From contig JACQZE010000005.1 in NCBI GenBank assembly GCA_016207885.1, positions 197,158 through 261,157 on the forward strand: DNA of 64,000 nt, given 5' to 3'. Shown here one piece after another: positions 1-11,165 of the stretch. The notes below the pieces were generated by a model, which was not told the DNA's origin, ran no database searches, and worked only from the letters and a program-made list of their open reading frames with translations. The position numbers and the translations under genes are program-made. Each line of letters begins with the position of its first letter. The stretch's first letter is position 1. Origin of the DNA: Nitrospirota bacterium (GTDB lineage: Bacteria; Nitrospirota; Thermodesulfovibrionia; UBA6902).

Positions 1-818
1 AATGTAATTATGAAGATCAAGAGCGCGGCCCAGCCGATGAGCTTTCTTTTTTTATCAAGCTCGACCATCTCGTATACAACCGGCGGATGCCTGTAACCGA
101 TTATTATCATCAGCACAGCCCATAGCATCCAGCCTGTCCAGAAGAATGCGCCCATAATTGCCAGCAGCGGGATTGTTATCTTTGAGATGATCTCATGCTT
201 TCTGCCGAAGAGCGCGTAGATAATATGGCCGCCGTCAAGTTGTCCGACAGGCAGAAGGTTGAGCGCGGTAACGAGCAGGCCTATCCATCCTGCGAATGCG
301 ACAGGATGCAGGACCACTTCAAATTTATCAGGGTCTATGTTCAGGACAATATTGGAAAGAAAATAAAAGAGCATTGAACTGCCGAGAGACATCGCCTCAG
401 GCATCTTATTCATCTCATCTATCGGGATTATTGTGGAGAGCTTCAGTCCTATGATGACAGCGACAACCGCAACCAGAAATCCGCCTATCGGGCCTGAAGC
501 GCCAATATCTATGAGCGCCCTTCTGTCTGGTATCGGCGGCTTCATCTTTATTATCGCCCCGAATGTTCCTATGAGTGACGGCGCCGGGATGAAGTATGGA
601 AGCGAGGCTTGTACATGATGTTTACGGGACATGAAGTAGTGCGAGAACTCATGTACTAAAAGGATAAAGAGCAAAGTCAGGGAGAACGGCAGGCCCATAT
701 ATATCTTTGCAGGTTCCTCCCACGGGGCGATGCCGCTTAGCATAACTCCTGCGAGGGTGGTTGTGATAAAGGTGAGGATAAAGAGAAGGACGTGAATGCG
801 TGTCAGGTTATGCGGCAT
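1..818 (-). CDS. Site-2 protease family (M50) membrane zinc metalloprotease, 3' end runs off the window
   Basis: Manual minus-strand translation from ATG at 818 gives MPHNLTRIHVLLFILTF..., with HEFSH and NLLPVGQLDGGHI motifs. Not in the ORF track because there is no stop in the window. Confidence 0.9.
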   Translation of the reverse strand, partial: MPHNLTRIHVLLFILTFITTTLAGVMLSGIAPWEEPAKIYMGLPFSLTLLFILLVHEFSHYFMSRKHHVQASLPYFIPAPSLIGTFGAIIKMKPPIPDRRALIDIGASGPIGGFLVAVVAVIIGLKLSTIIPIDEMNKMPEAMSLGSSMLFYFLSNIVLNIDPDKFEVVLHPVAFAGWIGLLVTALNLLPVGQLDGGHIIYALFGRKHEIISKITIPLLAIMGAFFWTGWMLWAVLMIIIGYRHPPVVYEMVELDKKRKLIGWAALLIFIIT

Positions 819-1305
819 GTTTGATCTTCTTGTATCTCCTGGCTACCCCCAGAATGATAAAGTAGCTTGCGATCGATGAAAGAGTACATACTATAAAAGA
901 GCCTACAAAAAAAGATTTGATCAGCGGCATCAGGTCGAGTATAAGATTGAAAAAATTATCAGAATCCGTTACGAGGCTCTTAAGCCATGCCATGACCGTA
1001 GTGAATGTCATGGCGTTCCAATCCACTTCAGGAAGGACATCTTTTATCATAAGGATCTTTGCTCCGAGCCATACAGAAAATGTGGAGATCGGCACAATGG
1101 TCCACGGGTTGTTGACGCTCACCCCTACAAAAGCAACCAGTTTGTTCAGGCGGAATATCCACGCGAGAAAGATGCCTCCTACATAGTGAAGGCCGAGGAA
1201 TGGCGAGTTGCCCATGAATACCCCGAGTGCAAACGCAAGCGCGATGCGGTGCGGCGTCTCATGCACCTGCATTATGCTTTTGAATTTGTCTCTGAGATAA
1301 GCCAT
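808..1305 (-). CDS. DUF2062 family membrane protein
   Basis: ETPHRIALAFALGVFMG..PFLGLH and NNPWTIVP motifs; hydrophobic. Confidence 0.85.
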   Translation of the reverse strand: MAYLRDKFKSIMQVHETPHRIALAFALGVFMGNSPFLGLHYVGGIFLAWIFRLNKLVAFVGVSVNNPWTIVPISTFSVWLGAKILMIKDVLPEVDWNAMTFTTVMAWLKSLVTDSDNFFNLILDLMPLIKSFFVGSFIVCTLSSIASYFIILGVARRYKKIKHAA

Positions 1306-1325
1306 AAAATAAAATCTCTAATTAT

Positions 1326-1396
1326 GTCATTCCGGCTTGTCCGGAATCACTTTTTCAATATGAATAAGAGCATGATTCCGGACAAGCCGGAATGAC
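1326..1396. repeat. REP-like inverted pair GTCATTCCGGCTTGTCCGGAATC / GATTCCGGACAAGCCGGAATGAC
   Basis: 23-mer at 1326-1348 and its exact reverse complement at 1374-1396. The same unit recurs at 42088 and 44877/44912. Confidence 0.9.
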
Positions 1397-1428
1397 AACC
1401 AGTTAATATGACAACTTAATGATGTGAT

Positions 1429-2379
1429 CTATTTTCTGAAATGCTCGTACCCTTCTGACCTGAACGCCTGTTTTTTGCCGTTGGAGTCTATTATATATCG
1501 TCCCTTATTTATTATCTCCCCGATCCTGAAGGCGTCTTTCCTGTTTTTTGCTGAAGAGCTGAAGAGAAGGACAAAATCCTCTCCGCCTTTTAACGCGTAG
1601 CTGAGCGGGTCTTTGCCTGACTTCTTTGCGACGGCTAATATTTCTTCTGAGAGAGGGATGTTATCAGAATATATAATTGCGCCGGCATCGCTCTCATCAC
1701 ATATGTGGCTTAAGTCTATCAGCAGCCCGTCGCTTACATCGATCATCGCTGTTATATCTTTTGTCTTTTTTAACGGTGCAGGTTCTGGCATCAGGTGGCA
1801 TTTGCAAAGATATTCCTTATCTATCCCTTTCACTCTCTTACCCTTGCCCTGCTTCAATATCTCAAGACCCATTGCCGAGTTGCCGAGGGTTCCGGCCACA
1901 TAGATGCTGTCTCCCGGCTTTGCTCCTTTGCGTGAGATAACCCTCTTTGCTTCTCCTATGATCGTGCCGCTGAGCACAAGGTTATGTTTTGAGCTTGAGG
2001 TGTCTCCGCCGATAACTGCGACTCCGTGCATATCAGCCAGTTTTTTTATGCCCCGATATAGATCTTTGATGTCATTTGCTTCACACCTTTCAGGTATTCC
2101 GATATTCAGGAGAAAGTATTTCGGCTTGCCGCCCATCGCATAGATATCACTCAGGTTAACTGCAAGCACCTTATGCCCGAGTTGATAATAGGAGGTGAAT
2201 TTCAGGTCAAAATGAACGCCTTCAACAAGCATGTCAGAAGAGATCAGGGTTGTTCCAGTCCCTGGCTTTACAGCAGCGGCATCGTCGCCTATGTTCAGCA
2301 GAACATCCTTTGAACTGTTTTTACAGATTCTCTTGATCTTTTTTATCAGGCCGAATTCGCCAAGTTGAGATAGCTTCAT
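1429..2379 (-). CDS. thiL: Thiamine-monophosphate kinase
   Basis: GEFGLI, IGDDAA, DMLVEGVHF, NLSDIYAMGG, GGDT, DVSDGL and GGEDF motifs. Confidence 0.97.
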   Translation of the reverse strand: MKLSQLGEFGLIKKIKRICKNSSKDVLLNIGDDAAAVKPGTGTTLISSDMLVEGVHFDLKFTSYYQLGHKVLAVNLSDIYAMGGKPKYFLLNIGIPERCEANDIKDLYRGIKKLADMHGVAVIGGDTSSSKHNLVLSGTIIGEAKRVISRKGAKPGDSIYVAGTLGNSAMGLEILKQGKGKRVKGIDKEYLCKCHLMPEPAPLKKTKDITAMIDVSDGLLIDLSHICDESDAGAIIYSDNIPLSEEILAVAKKSGKDPLSYALKGGEDFVLLFSSSAKNRKDAFRIGEIINKGRYIIDSNGKKQAFRSEGYEHFRK

Positions 2380-2399
2380 GGTTTCATCGGACAGGAAAC

Positions 2400-4805
2400 C
2401 TAATGCGGCCTGTTCTTGCCGCGCCCTTTTTTAAGCGCTGCCTTCAGCACCTCATCCATCGTATCAACAAGGGTGAACTCCATATCTTTTTTTATGTACT
2501 TTGGTATCTCTTCCAGGTCCTTCTGGTTTCTTTTCGGAATGATCATCCTGCTTATGCCCATCCTCTTTGCCGCAAGAGTCTTCTCCTTAAGCCCGCCTAT
2601 CGGCAGCACCCTGCCTCTCAGCGTTACCTCTCCTGTCATAGCGGTGCTCTTGTAAACAGGCCTTCCGGTAAATGCCGATGCAATGGCAGTTGCCAGGGTT
2701 ATGCCTGCTGAAGGGCCGTCTTTAGGTATGGCTCCCGCGGGAACATGTATATGAATATCATTTTTTGCAAAGGCGGTGCTCTCTATGCCTATCTCATTTG
2801 CCTTTGAACGTATATAGCTTCTTGCGGCATAAGCAGACTCCTTCATTACATCGCCTAACTGGCCGGTGAGCGTTATATCGCCTTTGCCCTTCATTATCGT
2901 GGCTTCTATATAGATAATATCTCCGCCGGTCTCTGTCCATGCAAGGCCGGTTGATACGCCGACCTCATCTTTTTCCATCTCTTCTTCCGGCAAATATTTC
3001 GGAGCGCCTAAATATTTTGAGAGGTTAACCGAGGAAATGTGATATATCTTATCCTTGCCCTCTGCGATCTTTCTGGCGACCTTTCTGCACACGTTCGCTA
3101 CCTCACGCTCAAGATTCCTTACGCCGGCTTCTCTTGTGTAGTGCGTCACCATCTGGATTACCGCGCTGTCGGCTATCTTCAGGTTCTTTTCGGTAAGCCC
3201 GTGCTCTTCAAGCTGCTTTGTGATCAGATAGTTTCTGGCGATGCCGAGCTTCTCCTCAGCCGTATACCCGGAGAGGTATATTATCTCCATCCTGTCCCGA
3301 AGCGGAGACGGTATCGGATCGATAAGGTTGGCTGTGGTTATGAACATTACATTGGTCAGGTCAAAAGGCACGCCGAGGTAATGGTCTGTAAACGCAAAGT
3401 TCTGCTCAGGGTCAAGCACCTCAAGCAACGCGGAAGCCGGGTCGCCCCTGAAGTCCATGCCTATCTTGTCGACCTCATCGAGCATGAAGACAGGGTTGTT
3501 CTTTCCTGCTGCCTTGATGCCCTGAATTATCCTTCCGGGCATAGCGCCGACATATGTCCTTCTGTGCCCCCTTATCTCAGCCTCATCCCTCACTCCGCCT
3601 AAAGACATTCTGAAGAACTCTCTTCCAAGCGCGCGCGCAATGGATTTCCCCAATGATGTCTTGCCGACGCCCGGAGGCCCGACGAAGCATAGTATGGGGC
3701 CCTTCATCCCGGACTTTCCCTTGGCCTTTTCTTTAAGTTTTCTTACACCGAGGTATTCAAGTATCCTCTCTTTTACCTTCTCAAGGTCATAATGGTCTTC
3801 ATCAAGCACCTGTTTTCCCTTTTTGAGGTCAAGGTTATCCTTTGTTGCCTTGGACCACGGGATCTCCACGAGCCAGTCAACATAGGTCCTTATCGTCCCT
3901 GCCTCGGCAGAGTCGGGATGCATCTTCTCAAGCCGGCTGATCTGCTTGAGCGCCTCCTTTTCGACCTTCTTAGGCATCTTCACTTCTTCGACCTTCTGTT
4001 TCAGTTCAAATATCTCCTCGGTCTTTTCATCTATCTCGCCAAGCTCTTTCTGTATGGCCTTAAGCTGCTCTCTGAGGAAGTATTCGCGCTGGGTCTTGTC
4101 TATCTCTCCCTTTGCGTCTGACTGGATCTTCTGCTGGACAAGAAGGAGTTCCACCTCTCTGCTGAGGATCTCGCTTATTCTCTTAAGCCTCATTACAGGA
4201 TCAAGTTTCTCAAGGAGTTCCTGCGCCTGATCCGCCTTTAATCCGAGGTTTGAAGCTATGAGGTCGGCAAGCCTTCCGGGTTCGTCGATATTCTCTATCA
4301 GCAGAATTATATCCGGCATAAAGGATTTGCCGAGCGCCACTGATTTATCCAGCAGCTCCTTGACGTTGCGGATAAGCGCTTCAACCTCGATGGTCAGCTC
4401 ATGCTCTTTAGTGTCAGCCAGCTTCTCTATCTCTCCTATGAAATAAGGGTCTGTCTGTGTAAAATTGGTTATCCTTGCCTTTGTTATGCCCTGAACAAGG
4501 ACCTTTGACCTGCCGTCCGGGAGTTTTAAAGTCCTTAGGATACTGCCTACAGTTCCGATCCTGTAAAGGTCATCTTTGGTAGGGTTCTCAACATCAACAT
4601 TCTTCTGTGTGACAAGCATTAAAAGCTTGTTCTCTCCCACGGCATTCTCAATAGCCTTTATCGAAACATCCCTGCCGACGAATAACGGAAGTATCATATA
4701 CGGGAAGATAACTATATCTCTCACAGGGAGCACAGGCAAGGCAGAAGGAACCTCGACATTGCGTTCATCCTTTGCATTGATCTCTTTTGCGTCTATATCA
4801 GTCAT
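2400..4805 (-). CDS. lon: ATP-dependent Lon protease
   Basis: LON N-domain, Walker A GPPGVGKT, catalytic PKDGPSAG and IGGLKEK; 801 aa. Confidence 0.99.
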   Translation of the reverse strand: MTDIDAKEINAKDERNVEVPSALPVLPVRDIVIFPYMILPLFVGRDVSIKAIENAVGENKLLMLVTQKNVDVENPTKDDLYRIGTVGSILRTLKLPDGRSKVLVQGITKARITNFTQTDPYFIGEIEKLADTKEHELTIEVEALIRNVKELLDKSVALGKSFMPDIILLIENIDEPGRLADLIASNLGLKADQAQELLEKLDPVMRLKRISEILSREVELLLVQQKIQSDAKGEIDKTQREYFLREQLKAIQKELGEIDEKTEEIFELKQKVEEVKMPKKVEKEALKQISRLEKMHPDSAEAGTIRTYVDWLVEIPWSKATKDNLDLKKGKQVLDEDHYDLEKVKERILEYLGVRKLKEKAKGKSGMKGPILCFVGPPGVGKTSLGKSIARALGREFFRMSLGGVRDEAEIRGHRRTYVGAMPGRIIQGIKAAGKNNPVFMLDEVDKIGMDFRGDPASALLEVLDPEQNFAFTDHYLGVPFDLTNVMFITTANLIDPIPSPLRDRMEIIYLSGYTAEEKLGIARNYLITKQLEEHGLTEKNLKIADSAVIQMVTHYTREAGVRNLEREVANVCRKVARKIAEGKDKIYHISSVNLSKYLGAPKYLPEEEMEKDEVGVSTGLAWTETGGDIIYIEATIMKGKGDITLTGQLGDVMKESAYAARSYIRSKANEIGIESTAFAKNDIHIHVPAGAIPKDGPSAGITLATAIASAFTGRPVYKSTAMTGEVTLRGRVLPIGGLKEKTLAAKRMGISRMIIPKRNQKDLEEIPKYIKKDMEFTLVDTMDEVLKAALKKGRGKNRPH

Positions 4806-5701
4806 TGTTTCTCCTTTTGGATTTTGGGCAGTATCGACAACAGATATTTTCTGAAATCGTTTTTTACAGCCGGGTTCTTGAGGCCGAGCTCAACCGTGGC
4901 CGTGAGAAATCCGACCTTGTCGCCGGCGTCATATCTTTTGCCTTCAAAGAGGAAACCGTAAACAGGTTTCTTCTTCAGCATCGCGTTTATCGCGTCGGTC
5001 AGCTGGATCTCTCCGCTTTTTCCGGGCTTGACCTTTTCTATATATTTGAAGATGTCGGCGGTAAGTATATACCTTCCTATGATCGCGAGATCGGACGGGG
5101 CGTCAGCCGCTTTCGGTTTTTCCACCATGCCCGTTACCTTATACAGGTTCTTCTTTATCTCTCTGCCGGCTATTACCCCGTAATTATGTATCTCTGATCC
5201 CGGCATCCTCTCCAGCGCCAGTATCGGCGTCTGGTATTGATCGTAAAGCTTTATCATCTTTCCAAGCAGGTCATCGTCAGGGTCTATTATATCATCGCTC
5301 AGGATGACTGCAAACGGCTCATCATTTACAAAAGGTTTTGAACAGTAGATGGCATGGCCGAGCCCTAACGGAGCGTTCTGCCTTATATAAGCAAAATGAA
5401 GGTGGTCTAACTTTTTGATCTCCGCAAGCATGGCGTGCTTGCCCTTCTTTTTAAGTGTCTCCTCAAGTTCAAACGCGGAATCAAAGTGGTTTTCGATCGC
5501 CCTCTTTGATTTGCCGGTAATCATTATGAATTCATTGATTTCGCATTTCTGAGCCTCTTCAACCGCATATTGGATCATGGGTTTATCAACGATCGGAAGC
5601 ATCTCTTTTGGAGACGCTTTTGTCGCAGGCAGAAACCTTGTTCCCAGGCCAGCAGCCGGAAAAACAGCTTTTTTTATCTTGCTTCTGGTTTTTTTAGGCA
5701 T
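4802..5701 (-). CDS. galU: UTP-glucose-1-phosphate uridylyltransferase
   Basis: [26 protein letters not shown] and GEIQLTDA motifs. Confidence 0.97.
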   Translation of the reverse strand: MPKKTRSKIKKAVFPAAGLGTRFLPATKASPKEMLPIVDKPMIQYAVEEAQKCEINEFIMITGKSKRAIENHFDSAFELEETLKKKGKHAMLAEIKKLDHLHFAYIRQNAPLGLGHAIYCSKPFVNDEPFAVILSDDIIDPDDDLLGKMIKLYDQYQTPILALERMPGSEIHNYGVIAGREIKKNLYKVTGMVEKPKAADAPSDLAIIGRYILTADIFKYIEKVKPGKSGEIQLTDAINAMLKKKPVYGFLFEGKRYDAGDKVGFLTATVELGLKNPAVKNDFRKYLLSILPKIQKEKQ

Positions 5702-5970
5702 TTAGAACTCCTGAATAAGCTATGGGTTTAAGACGTAAATATTCTACCATGTATATATAGTTAATGAAAGCAGCAGAATATATAACTTTATTCTACAGTT
5801 ATGCAAATACCTGCCATTATTTTGATAGTCTGGACATTTCTATTTTGGTTTGACATGTATGGATAAGTGTTGTTGTAAAGTCATTTATTCTAAGCGTATA
5901 CTAACACACAGGGTTAGCGGCACAAACTTAAGATTAAAATTTTTTTACTATCCTCATGCGAACATATTAA

Positions 5971-7344
5971 ATGAAAAAATCATTATTTATTACCGGATCC
6001 AGTGGTTTTATATCGGGCAATTTCATTCAAAAACTTAACCTTGCTGATTTTGAGCAAATATTATGTATCAGCAGGAAAGAGAGCGCAGTTACAGATTCTC
6101 TTTCAAAATACGGTAATTTTAAGTTCATAAAAGGGGATATATTCGTCCCTGAACTCTACAAAGAATATCTTCCATCAATTGACACTGTAGTACATTTTGC
6201 CGCAGTTACAGGAAAGGCCATGCCGGAGGAATACTTCAGAACGAATTTAGCTGCAACAGAGGCACTTCTTAAGGAGTGTGTACGGTGCGGAGTTAAGAAC
6301 TTTCTGTTTGTCAGCTCAATAGCTGTTAAATTCCCGGATATCTCCAGGTATTACTATGCGCAGTCAAAGCTTAAGGCAGAGGAGCTCGTTAGAAAAAGCG
6401 GGCTTAACTATTCGATAGTTAGGCCAGCAATAGTGATAGGAAAGGGCTCCTCTATATTAGAGAGTTTTGTGAAGGTTGCCAAGATGCCACTGTCACTTAT
6501 ATTCGGCAATGGAAAAACAAAGATACAGCCGATATATACAGACGATCTTTCAGAATGTTTTCAGCATATAATTAACGAGGATATATTCAATAATGAAATA
6601 TATGAGCTCGGCGGCCCTGAGATACTGACCATTGATGAGTTTGTAACAAAGATAGCCGGTAGTTATCTGGGCAGGGCGCCAAAATTGATCCATTTCCCCT
6701 TAGGGCTTCTGGTACCGGTTCTTTCAGTGCTTGAGAAATTCATTTATTCAGCGCTGCCTTTTAATGTAGGCCAGCTCTCTTCTTTCCGTTTTGACGGCAC
6801 TATCTCTGAAAACAGGGTGTTTTCTGACATGTCGCTTCATATGAAAAATGTTGATGAAATGCTTGCGCTGAGCGCTGAAAAAAAAACTTCTGCCGATGCA
6901 GATAAACTAAAAAAAGAATGCGCTGTATTCTCACTTTATCTTATATGCAGGAATCCTGATGAATATGTGACTGGCAAGTATAAAGATGCTCACATCGCGG
7001 GTGTTGTTGCTAATGACTCAGGGCTGAAGCAGTTTGACAGTTTTTTGGCAAGGGCGGCCGGCTTCCACCCGATACTTACAAAACTCGCAGACGTATACAC
7101 AAGCGTTTTTTTTAAAGGTTCTGTCCTCAGGAAAAAACTGGTGCTTCTCCTTGCCATTATTGAAAGCAGCGCCCCGGCATCCTTCTATTTTGATTCAGCG
7201 CCGAGATCCGCCAGGCTCGCTGTCCTGGGCAGGTTCTTAAGGAGTGCGATATTTTTTACTCTCAGCCTGTTAGTATCTTTTGTAATATTCTCACCTTTTC
7301 ATCTGTTTTACAAAGCAACTTCAGGAGATAAAAATGAAGGCTGA
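5971..7344 (+). CDS. NAD-dependent epimerase/dehydratase (extended SDR) with a ~150-aa C-terminal extension
   Basis: ITGSSGFISG Rossmann motif and YAQSK (YxxxK); hydrophobic C-terminus. Confidence 0.8.
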   Translation: MKKSLFITGSSGFISGNFIQKLNLADFEQILCISRKESAVTDSLSKYGNFKFIKGDIFVPELYKEYLPSIDTVVHFAAVTGKAMPEEYFRTNLAATEALLKECVRCGVKNFLFVSSIAVKFPDISRYYYAQSKLKAEELVRKSGLNYSIVRPAIVIGKGSSILESFVKVAKMPLSLIFGNGKTKIQPIYTDDLSECFQHIINEDIFNNEIYELGGPEILTIDEFVTKIAGSYLGRAPKLIHFPLGLLVPVLSVLEKFIYSALPFNVGQLSSFRFDGTISENRVFSDMSLHMKNVDEMLALSAEKKTSADADKLKKECAVFSLYLICRNPDEYVTGKYKDAHIAGVVANDSGLKQFDSFLARAAGFHPILTKLADVYTSVFFKGSVLRKKLVLLLAIIESSAPASFYFDSAPRSARLAVLGRFLRSAIFFTLSLLVSFVIFSPFHLFYKATSGDKNEG

Positions 7345-8948
7345 TGGATAAGATTGTAATTGTCGGATCAGGAGCAAGCGGTGTTAATTTCACCCTTTCA
7401 TTGCTTAAGAAAGGCTATGAGGTGACCATGCTTGATGTCGGCTACAGGAAGGCTGAACCGGTAAGCCCGGAGAGCAGTTTCATTGAACTGAAAAGCCGGC
7501 TTGATGACCCGGTCAAATATTTTCTCGGCAGTGATTATGAGGCAGTTCTCTTTCCGGGCAATGAATCCGAGTACTATGGTTTCCCCCCGAGCAAAAATCA
7601 TGTCTTCAGAAAACCCGGCAATTTCAGTTTCAGCGCTGATGGTTTTGCGCCTTTATTCTCTTTTGCGAGGGGCGGGCTTGCTGAGGCATGGACAGCAGGC
7701 GTGGACCCGTTTAATTCCCATGAGTTAGAGGACTTTCCATTCAAATATGAAGACATTGAGCCTTATTACAGCGAGATAGCCGGCCGCATAGGAATTACCG
7801 GAGCTGAGGATGACCTGGTAAGGTTCACGCCTTTCCATTCCAACATAATGACTCCGCTGAAGACGGATGAGCATACCGGCCTTTTTCTCTCTGATTATGA
7901 GAAGGCTAAAAGCTCCATCAACAAGAAACATGGCTGTTATATAGGACGTTCCAGGACAGCTACCATAAGCAGTGATAAAGACAACCGTAAGGGGTGCAGG
8001 TACTGCGGAAGGTGCCTGTGGGGATGCCCGATTGAATCCATTTATACTCCTTCCATTACACTGGCGCAATGCATGCAGTACCCAGAGTTTAAATATGTTC
8101 CAGGCTCCTATGTGACACATTTTAAATTTGATTCCAAAAGACGTATCACAGGTGTCGTTGCCGTTTCAGGAAATGAGACGCTGGAATTCCCTTTAAGCAG
8201 GCTCGTGCTGGCAGCGGGCACGCTCTCTTCCTCCGAGATATTTATGAACTCAATATTCAAAGGTTCCGGAGAGATAGTCAAACTCCATGGACTGATGGAT
8301 AACCGTCAGGTCTTCATGCCTTTTATAAACCTTAAAATGGCAGGTAAGCCCTATAACCCGGAAAGCTACCAGTACCATCAGCTTGCGCTGGGCATGGAGA
8401 GTGAAAACCCAAAGGAAGATATACATGCGCATATCACCATGCTGAAGACCGCGCTGGTACATCCTATAATCCAGAACATGTTCTTTGACCTTAAAGCATC
8501 ATCTTTATTTTTCAGGGATGTCCATTCAGCGCTTGGAATCGTAAATATTAATTTTTCCGACTCAAGAAGGCAGGATAATTACGTTACGCTTGATGTAGAC
8601 AAAAAGACCCGGCGTTCAAGGCTGGCGATCCATTATTCTCCGGTGGAGCGTGAAGGGGCGATTATAAAGAAGACCGTTAAAGAGGTTAGCAGGGTTCTTT
8701 TGAGGCTCGGATGTCTGTCTCCGTCCAAGACGATACATATTCGCCCCCCCGGGGCCAGTGTTCATTATTCCGGAACCTTGCCTGCGGCGGAAGGGAAAAA
8801 ACCATTTACTGTGTCGGAGTTTTGTCAAAGCAATGATTTTGATAATCTATATTTTATAGATGGAACGACCCTCGGTTTTCTGCCTTCAAAGAATGTGACG
8901 TTTACTCTTATGGCCAACGCCATCAGAGTTGCGGAATGCGTTTTTTGA
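7344..8948 (+). CDS. GMC-family FAD oxidoreductase with an internal 4Fe-4S-type motif
   Basis: IVGSGASG, CRYCGRCLWGCP, LAAGTLSS, HYSGT and NVTFTLMANAIRVA motifs. Confidence 0.85.
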   Translation: MDKIVIVGSGASGVNFTLSLLKKGYEVTMLDVGYRKAEPVSPESSFIELKSRLDDPVKYFLGSDYEAVLFPGNESEYYGFPPSKNHVFRKPGNFSFSADGFAPLFSFARGGLAEAWTAGVDPFNSHELEDFPFKYEDIEPYYSEIAGRIGITGAEDDLVRFTPFHSNIMTPLKTDEHTGLFLSDYEKAKSSINKKHGCYIGRSRTATISSDKDNRKGCRYCGRCLWGCPIESIYTPSITLAQCMQYPEFKYVPGSYVTHFKFDSKRRITGVVAVSGNETLEFPLSRLVLAAGTLSSSEIFMNSIFKGSGEIVKLHGLMDNRQVFMPFINLKMAGKPYNPESYQYHQLALGMESENPKEDIHAHITMLKTALVHPIIQNMFFDLKASSLFFRDVHSALGIVNINFSDSRRQDNYVTLDVDKKTRRSRLAIHYSPVEREGAIIKKTVKEVSRVLLRLGCLSPSKTIHIRPPGASVHYSGTLPAAEGKKPFTVSEFCQSNDFDNLYFIDGTTLGFLPSKNVTFTLMANAIRVAECVF

Positions 8949-9091
8949 ATAAGTGTTATTAAATATTTACTAATTACAATTGATGATAGCCTATGTCATT
9001 TTGTTATGTATGCCCGGCATTTCTGCATGGCAAGGTTGGATACAGGGAATGCCATGTTGTCATTATCATCTCATTATGCTACATTTCGGAC

Positions 9092-9487
9092 ATGGACCTT
9101 ACTGACGACGGACACTGTTTTGTTTGCGGGCCTAAGAATCCGATCGGACTTAAACTGGATTTCTCCTTTGACGGAAAGATGATATCGGCGGATTTCACCC
9201 CGAAAAAAGAGCATCAGGGATACTTCAATATAGTGCACGGCGGGATTATAACAACACTGCTTGATGAGGCGATGGTAAAGCTCGTCATCGCGATGGGAAT
9301 GCCTTCTGTTACCGCGCAAATGGACGTCCGCCTGAAAAAGCCTTTAAATGTGGGCGTCCGGATAACTGTGACGGCTGAGATATTAAAAGAGACCAGAAAG
9401 ACTATCGAGGCTTATGCAAAGGCCGTAACTTCTGATGGTGTTGTTATAGCTGATGCGAAGGGGAAACTGGTGAAGGTTTCAAATTAA
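9092..9487 (+). CDS. PaaI-family hotdog-fold thioesterase
   Basis: [12 protein letters not shown] and [18 protein letters not shown]. Start moved to MDLTDD at 9092. Confidence 0.9.
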   Translation: MDLTDDGHCFVCGPKNPIGLKLDFSFDGKMISADFTPKKEHQGYFNIVHGGIITTLLDEAMVKLVIAMGMPSVTAQMDVRLKKPLNVGVRITVTAEILKETRKTIEAYAKAVTSDGVVIADAKGKLVKVSN

Positions 9488-9885
9488 TATCTCTTCTCAA
9501 AATAATCCTCAAGTATCTGCCTGTGGTCAAATGCTATATCATCGGGAAGTGTATCTCTAAAAAAGATCTCTGCCTCTTTTGCGTCATCACCTGCTTTGGG
9601 CGTGCCTGAAGCGGTCGCAATGAATATGGTTGAAACTGTATGGTGGCGCGGGTCTCTTTTAGGGTCTGAATAGGTGTGGAATTGACGGACAAGTTTTACA
9701 TCCAGCCCTGTCTCTTCTTTAGCTTCCCTGATAACAGCATCTTCAATCGTTTCTCCGTAATCAACAAAACCGCCGGGAATCGCCCAGCCTGGAGGCGGGT
9801 TCTTCCTTTTTATAAGGACTATCCCTTTGTTGATCTCGATTATGACATCAACAGTCAGGAATGGATTTCGATATGTCTGTTTCAT
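9484..9885 (-). CDS. NUDIX hydrolase (ADP-ribose pyrophosphatase-like)
   Basis: Nudix box [24 protein letters not shown], plus RDPR and AFDH. Confidence 0.92.
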   Translation of the reverse strand: MKQTYRNPFLTVDVIIEINKGIVLIKRKNPPPGWAIPGGFVDYGETIEDAVIREAKEETGLDVKLVRQFHTYSDPKRDPRHHTVSTIFIATASGTPKAGDDAKEAEIFFRDTLPDDIAFDHRQILEDYFEKRY

Positions 9886-10050
9886 TATATATGAAGAAAA
9901 ATACCTATCATTGTTTAAGTGGTTCATATTTTACAGGATTGCTAAACCTGTTGTCTTTTGCCGGTTTCAAAGCTTAAGAATGCTTGCAAAAAACAGGGGA
10001 ACTTGATACATTACACTTTATTAATATTGTTAGTTACAGAGAGAGATAAT

Positions 10051-11118
10051 ATGGCCAAACTCAAATCCCTGAGAAACAAGATAGATGATATAGACAATAC
10101 GATCGTTAAGCTTTTAAACGACAGGGCGAAGATCGTCCTTGATATCAAAGAGGCTAAAAAGGACGACCGGCTCAAGGTCTACTCGCCGACCAGGGAAAGA
10201 GAGATTCTTAAGAGATTAGGAAAGCTCAACACAGGCCCTTTCCCCGGTGACGCGCTTATCGCGCTTTATAAAGAGATACTCTCAACTTCACGCTCACTCC
10301 AGCAGCCGCTGAAGATAGCATACTTCGGCCCGCCTGCGACATTTACGCATCTTGCGGCAAGAAGGCAGTTCGGCGCGTCAGCTGAATATGTCCCGGAAAG
10401 CACGATCAAGGCCATCTTTGAATCTGTAATGAGAGGCAAGGCGCAGTATGGTGTTGTGCCTATTGAGAATTCTACAGAGGGCGTTGTCAACTATACGCTT
10501 GACATGTTCATGGATTCTGACCTGAATATCACCTCTGAAGTTATGCTTCCCATAAGGCATAACCTTATGTCCAAGACAGGCAAAGCTACTGGCATAAAAA
10601 AAATTTACTCCCACCCTCAGCCGATAGCCCAGTGCAGGGGCTGGCTCGAAGAACACTATCCCGGCGTTCCGCTTATAGGCGGGATGAGCACGGCGTCAGC
10701 TGCCAAGCGTGTTGCAAAGGAAACGTCTTCCGCTGCCATAGCAAGCGAACTTGCCGCTGATATTTACAAACTGAAGTTCATTGCAAAGGGCATAGAGGAC
10801 TACAAGAACAACTTCACCCGTTTTCTTGTGATCGCAAAAGATTACCTTCCGAGGACAGGCAATGACAAGACATCCATTATGTTCTCAGTAAAGGACAAGC
10901 CCGGCGCTCTGCATAAGATACTTGAACATTTTGCAAAGCATAAGATAAACCTCACAAAGATCGAGTCAAGGCCGTCCAAGAGGAAGGCGTGGGAGTACAT
11001 ATTCTTTGTTGATATGCAGGGGCATGTAGAGGACCTCAAGGTCAGGAAGGCCATTGATGCCGTAAAAAAGGAATGCCTTTATCTCAAGGTGCTGGGCTCC
11101 TACCCTTTGGCAGATTAG
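10051..11118 (+). CDS. pheA: Chorismate mutase/prephenate dehydratase
   Basis: N-terminal AroQ domain, PIENSTEG, NFTRF and ACT-domain ESRP. Confidence 0.97.
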   Translation: MAKLKSLRNKIDDIDNTIVKLLNDRAKIVLDIKEAKKDDRLKVYSPTREREILKRLGKLNTGPFPGDALIALYKEILSTSRSLQQPLKIAYFGPPATFTHLAARRQFGASAEYVPESTIKAIFESVMRGKAQYGVVPIENSTEGVVNYTLDMFMDSDLNITSEVMLPIRHNLMSKTGKATGIKKIYSHPQPIAQCRGWLEEHYPGVPLIGGMSTASAAKRVAKETSSAAIASELAADIYKLKFIAKGIEDYKNNFTRFLVIAKDYLPRTGNDKTSIMFSVKDKPGALHKILEHFAKHKINLTKIESRPSKRKAWEYIFFVDMQGHVEDLKVRKAIDAVKKECLYLKVLGSYPLAD

Positions 11119-11165
11119 GTTAATATTTCATAAGCATATTTTTCATCAGCAATCCTTTACTCCTT

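Noticed and set aside
195-618. Plus-strand 60-61 aa ORFs
   Set aside because: Antisense to the M50 protease gene.
1326-1396. Mini-CRISPR interpretation of the 23-bp repeats
   Set aside because: The units are inverted pairs dispersed across intergenic regions, not direct repeats with regular spacers.
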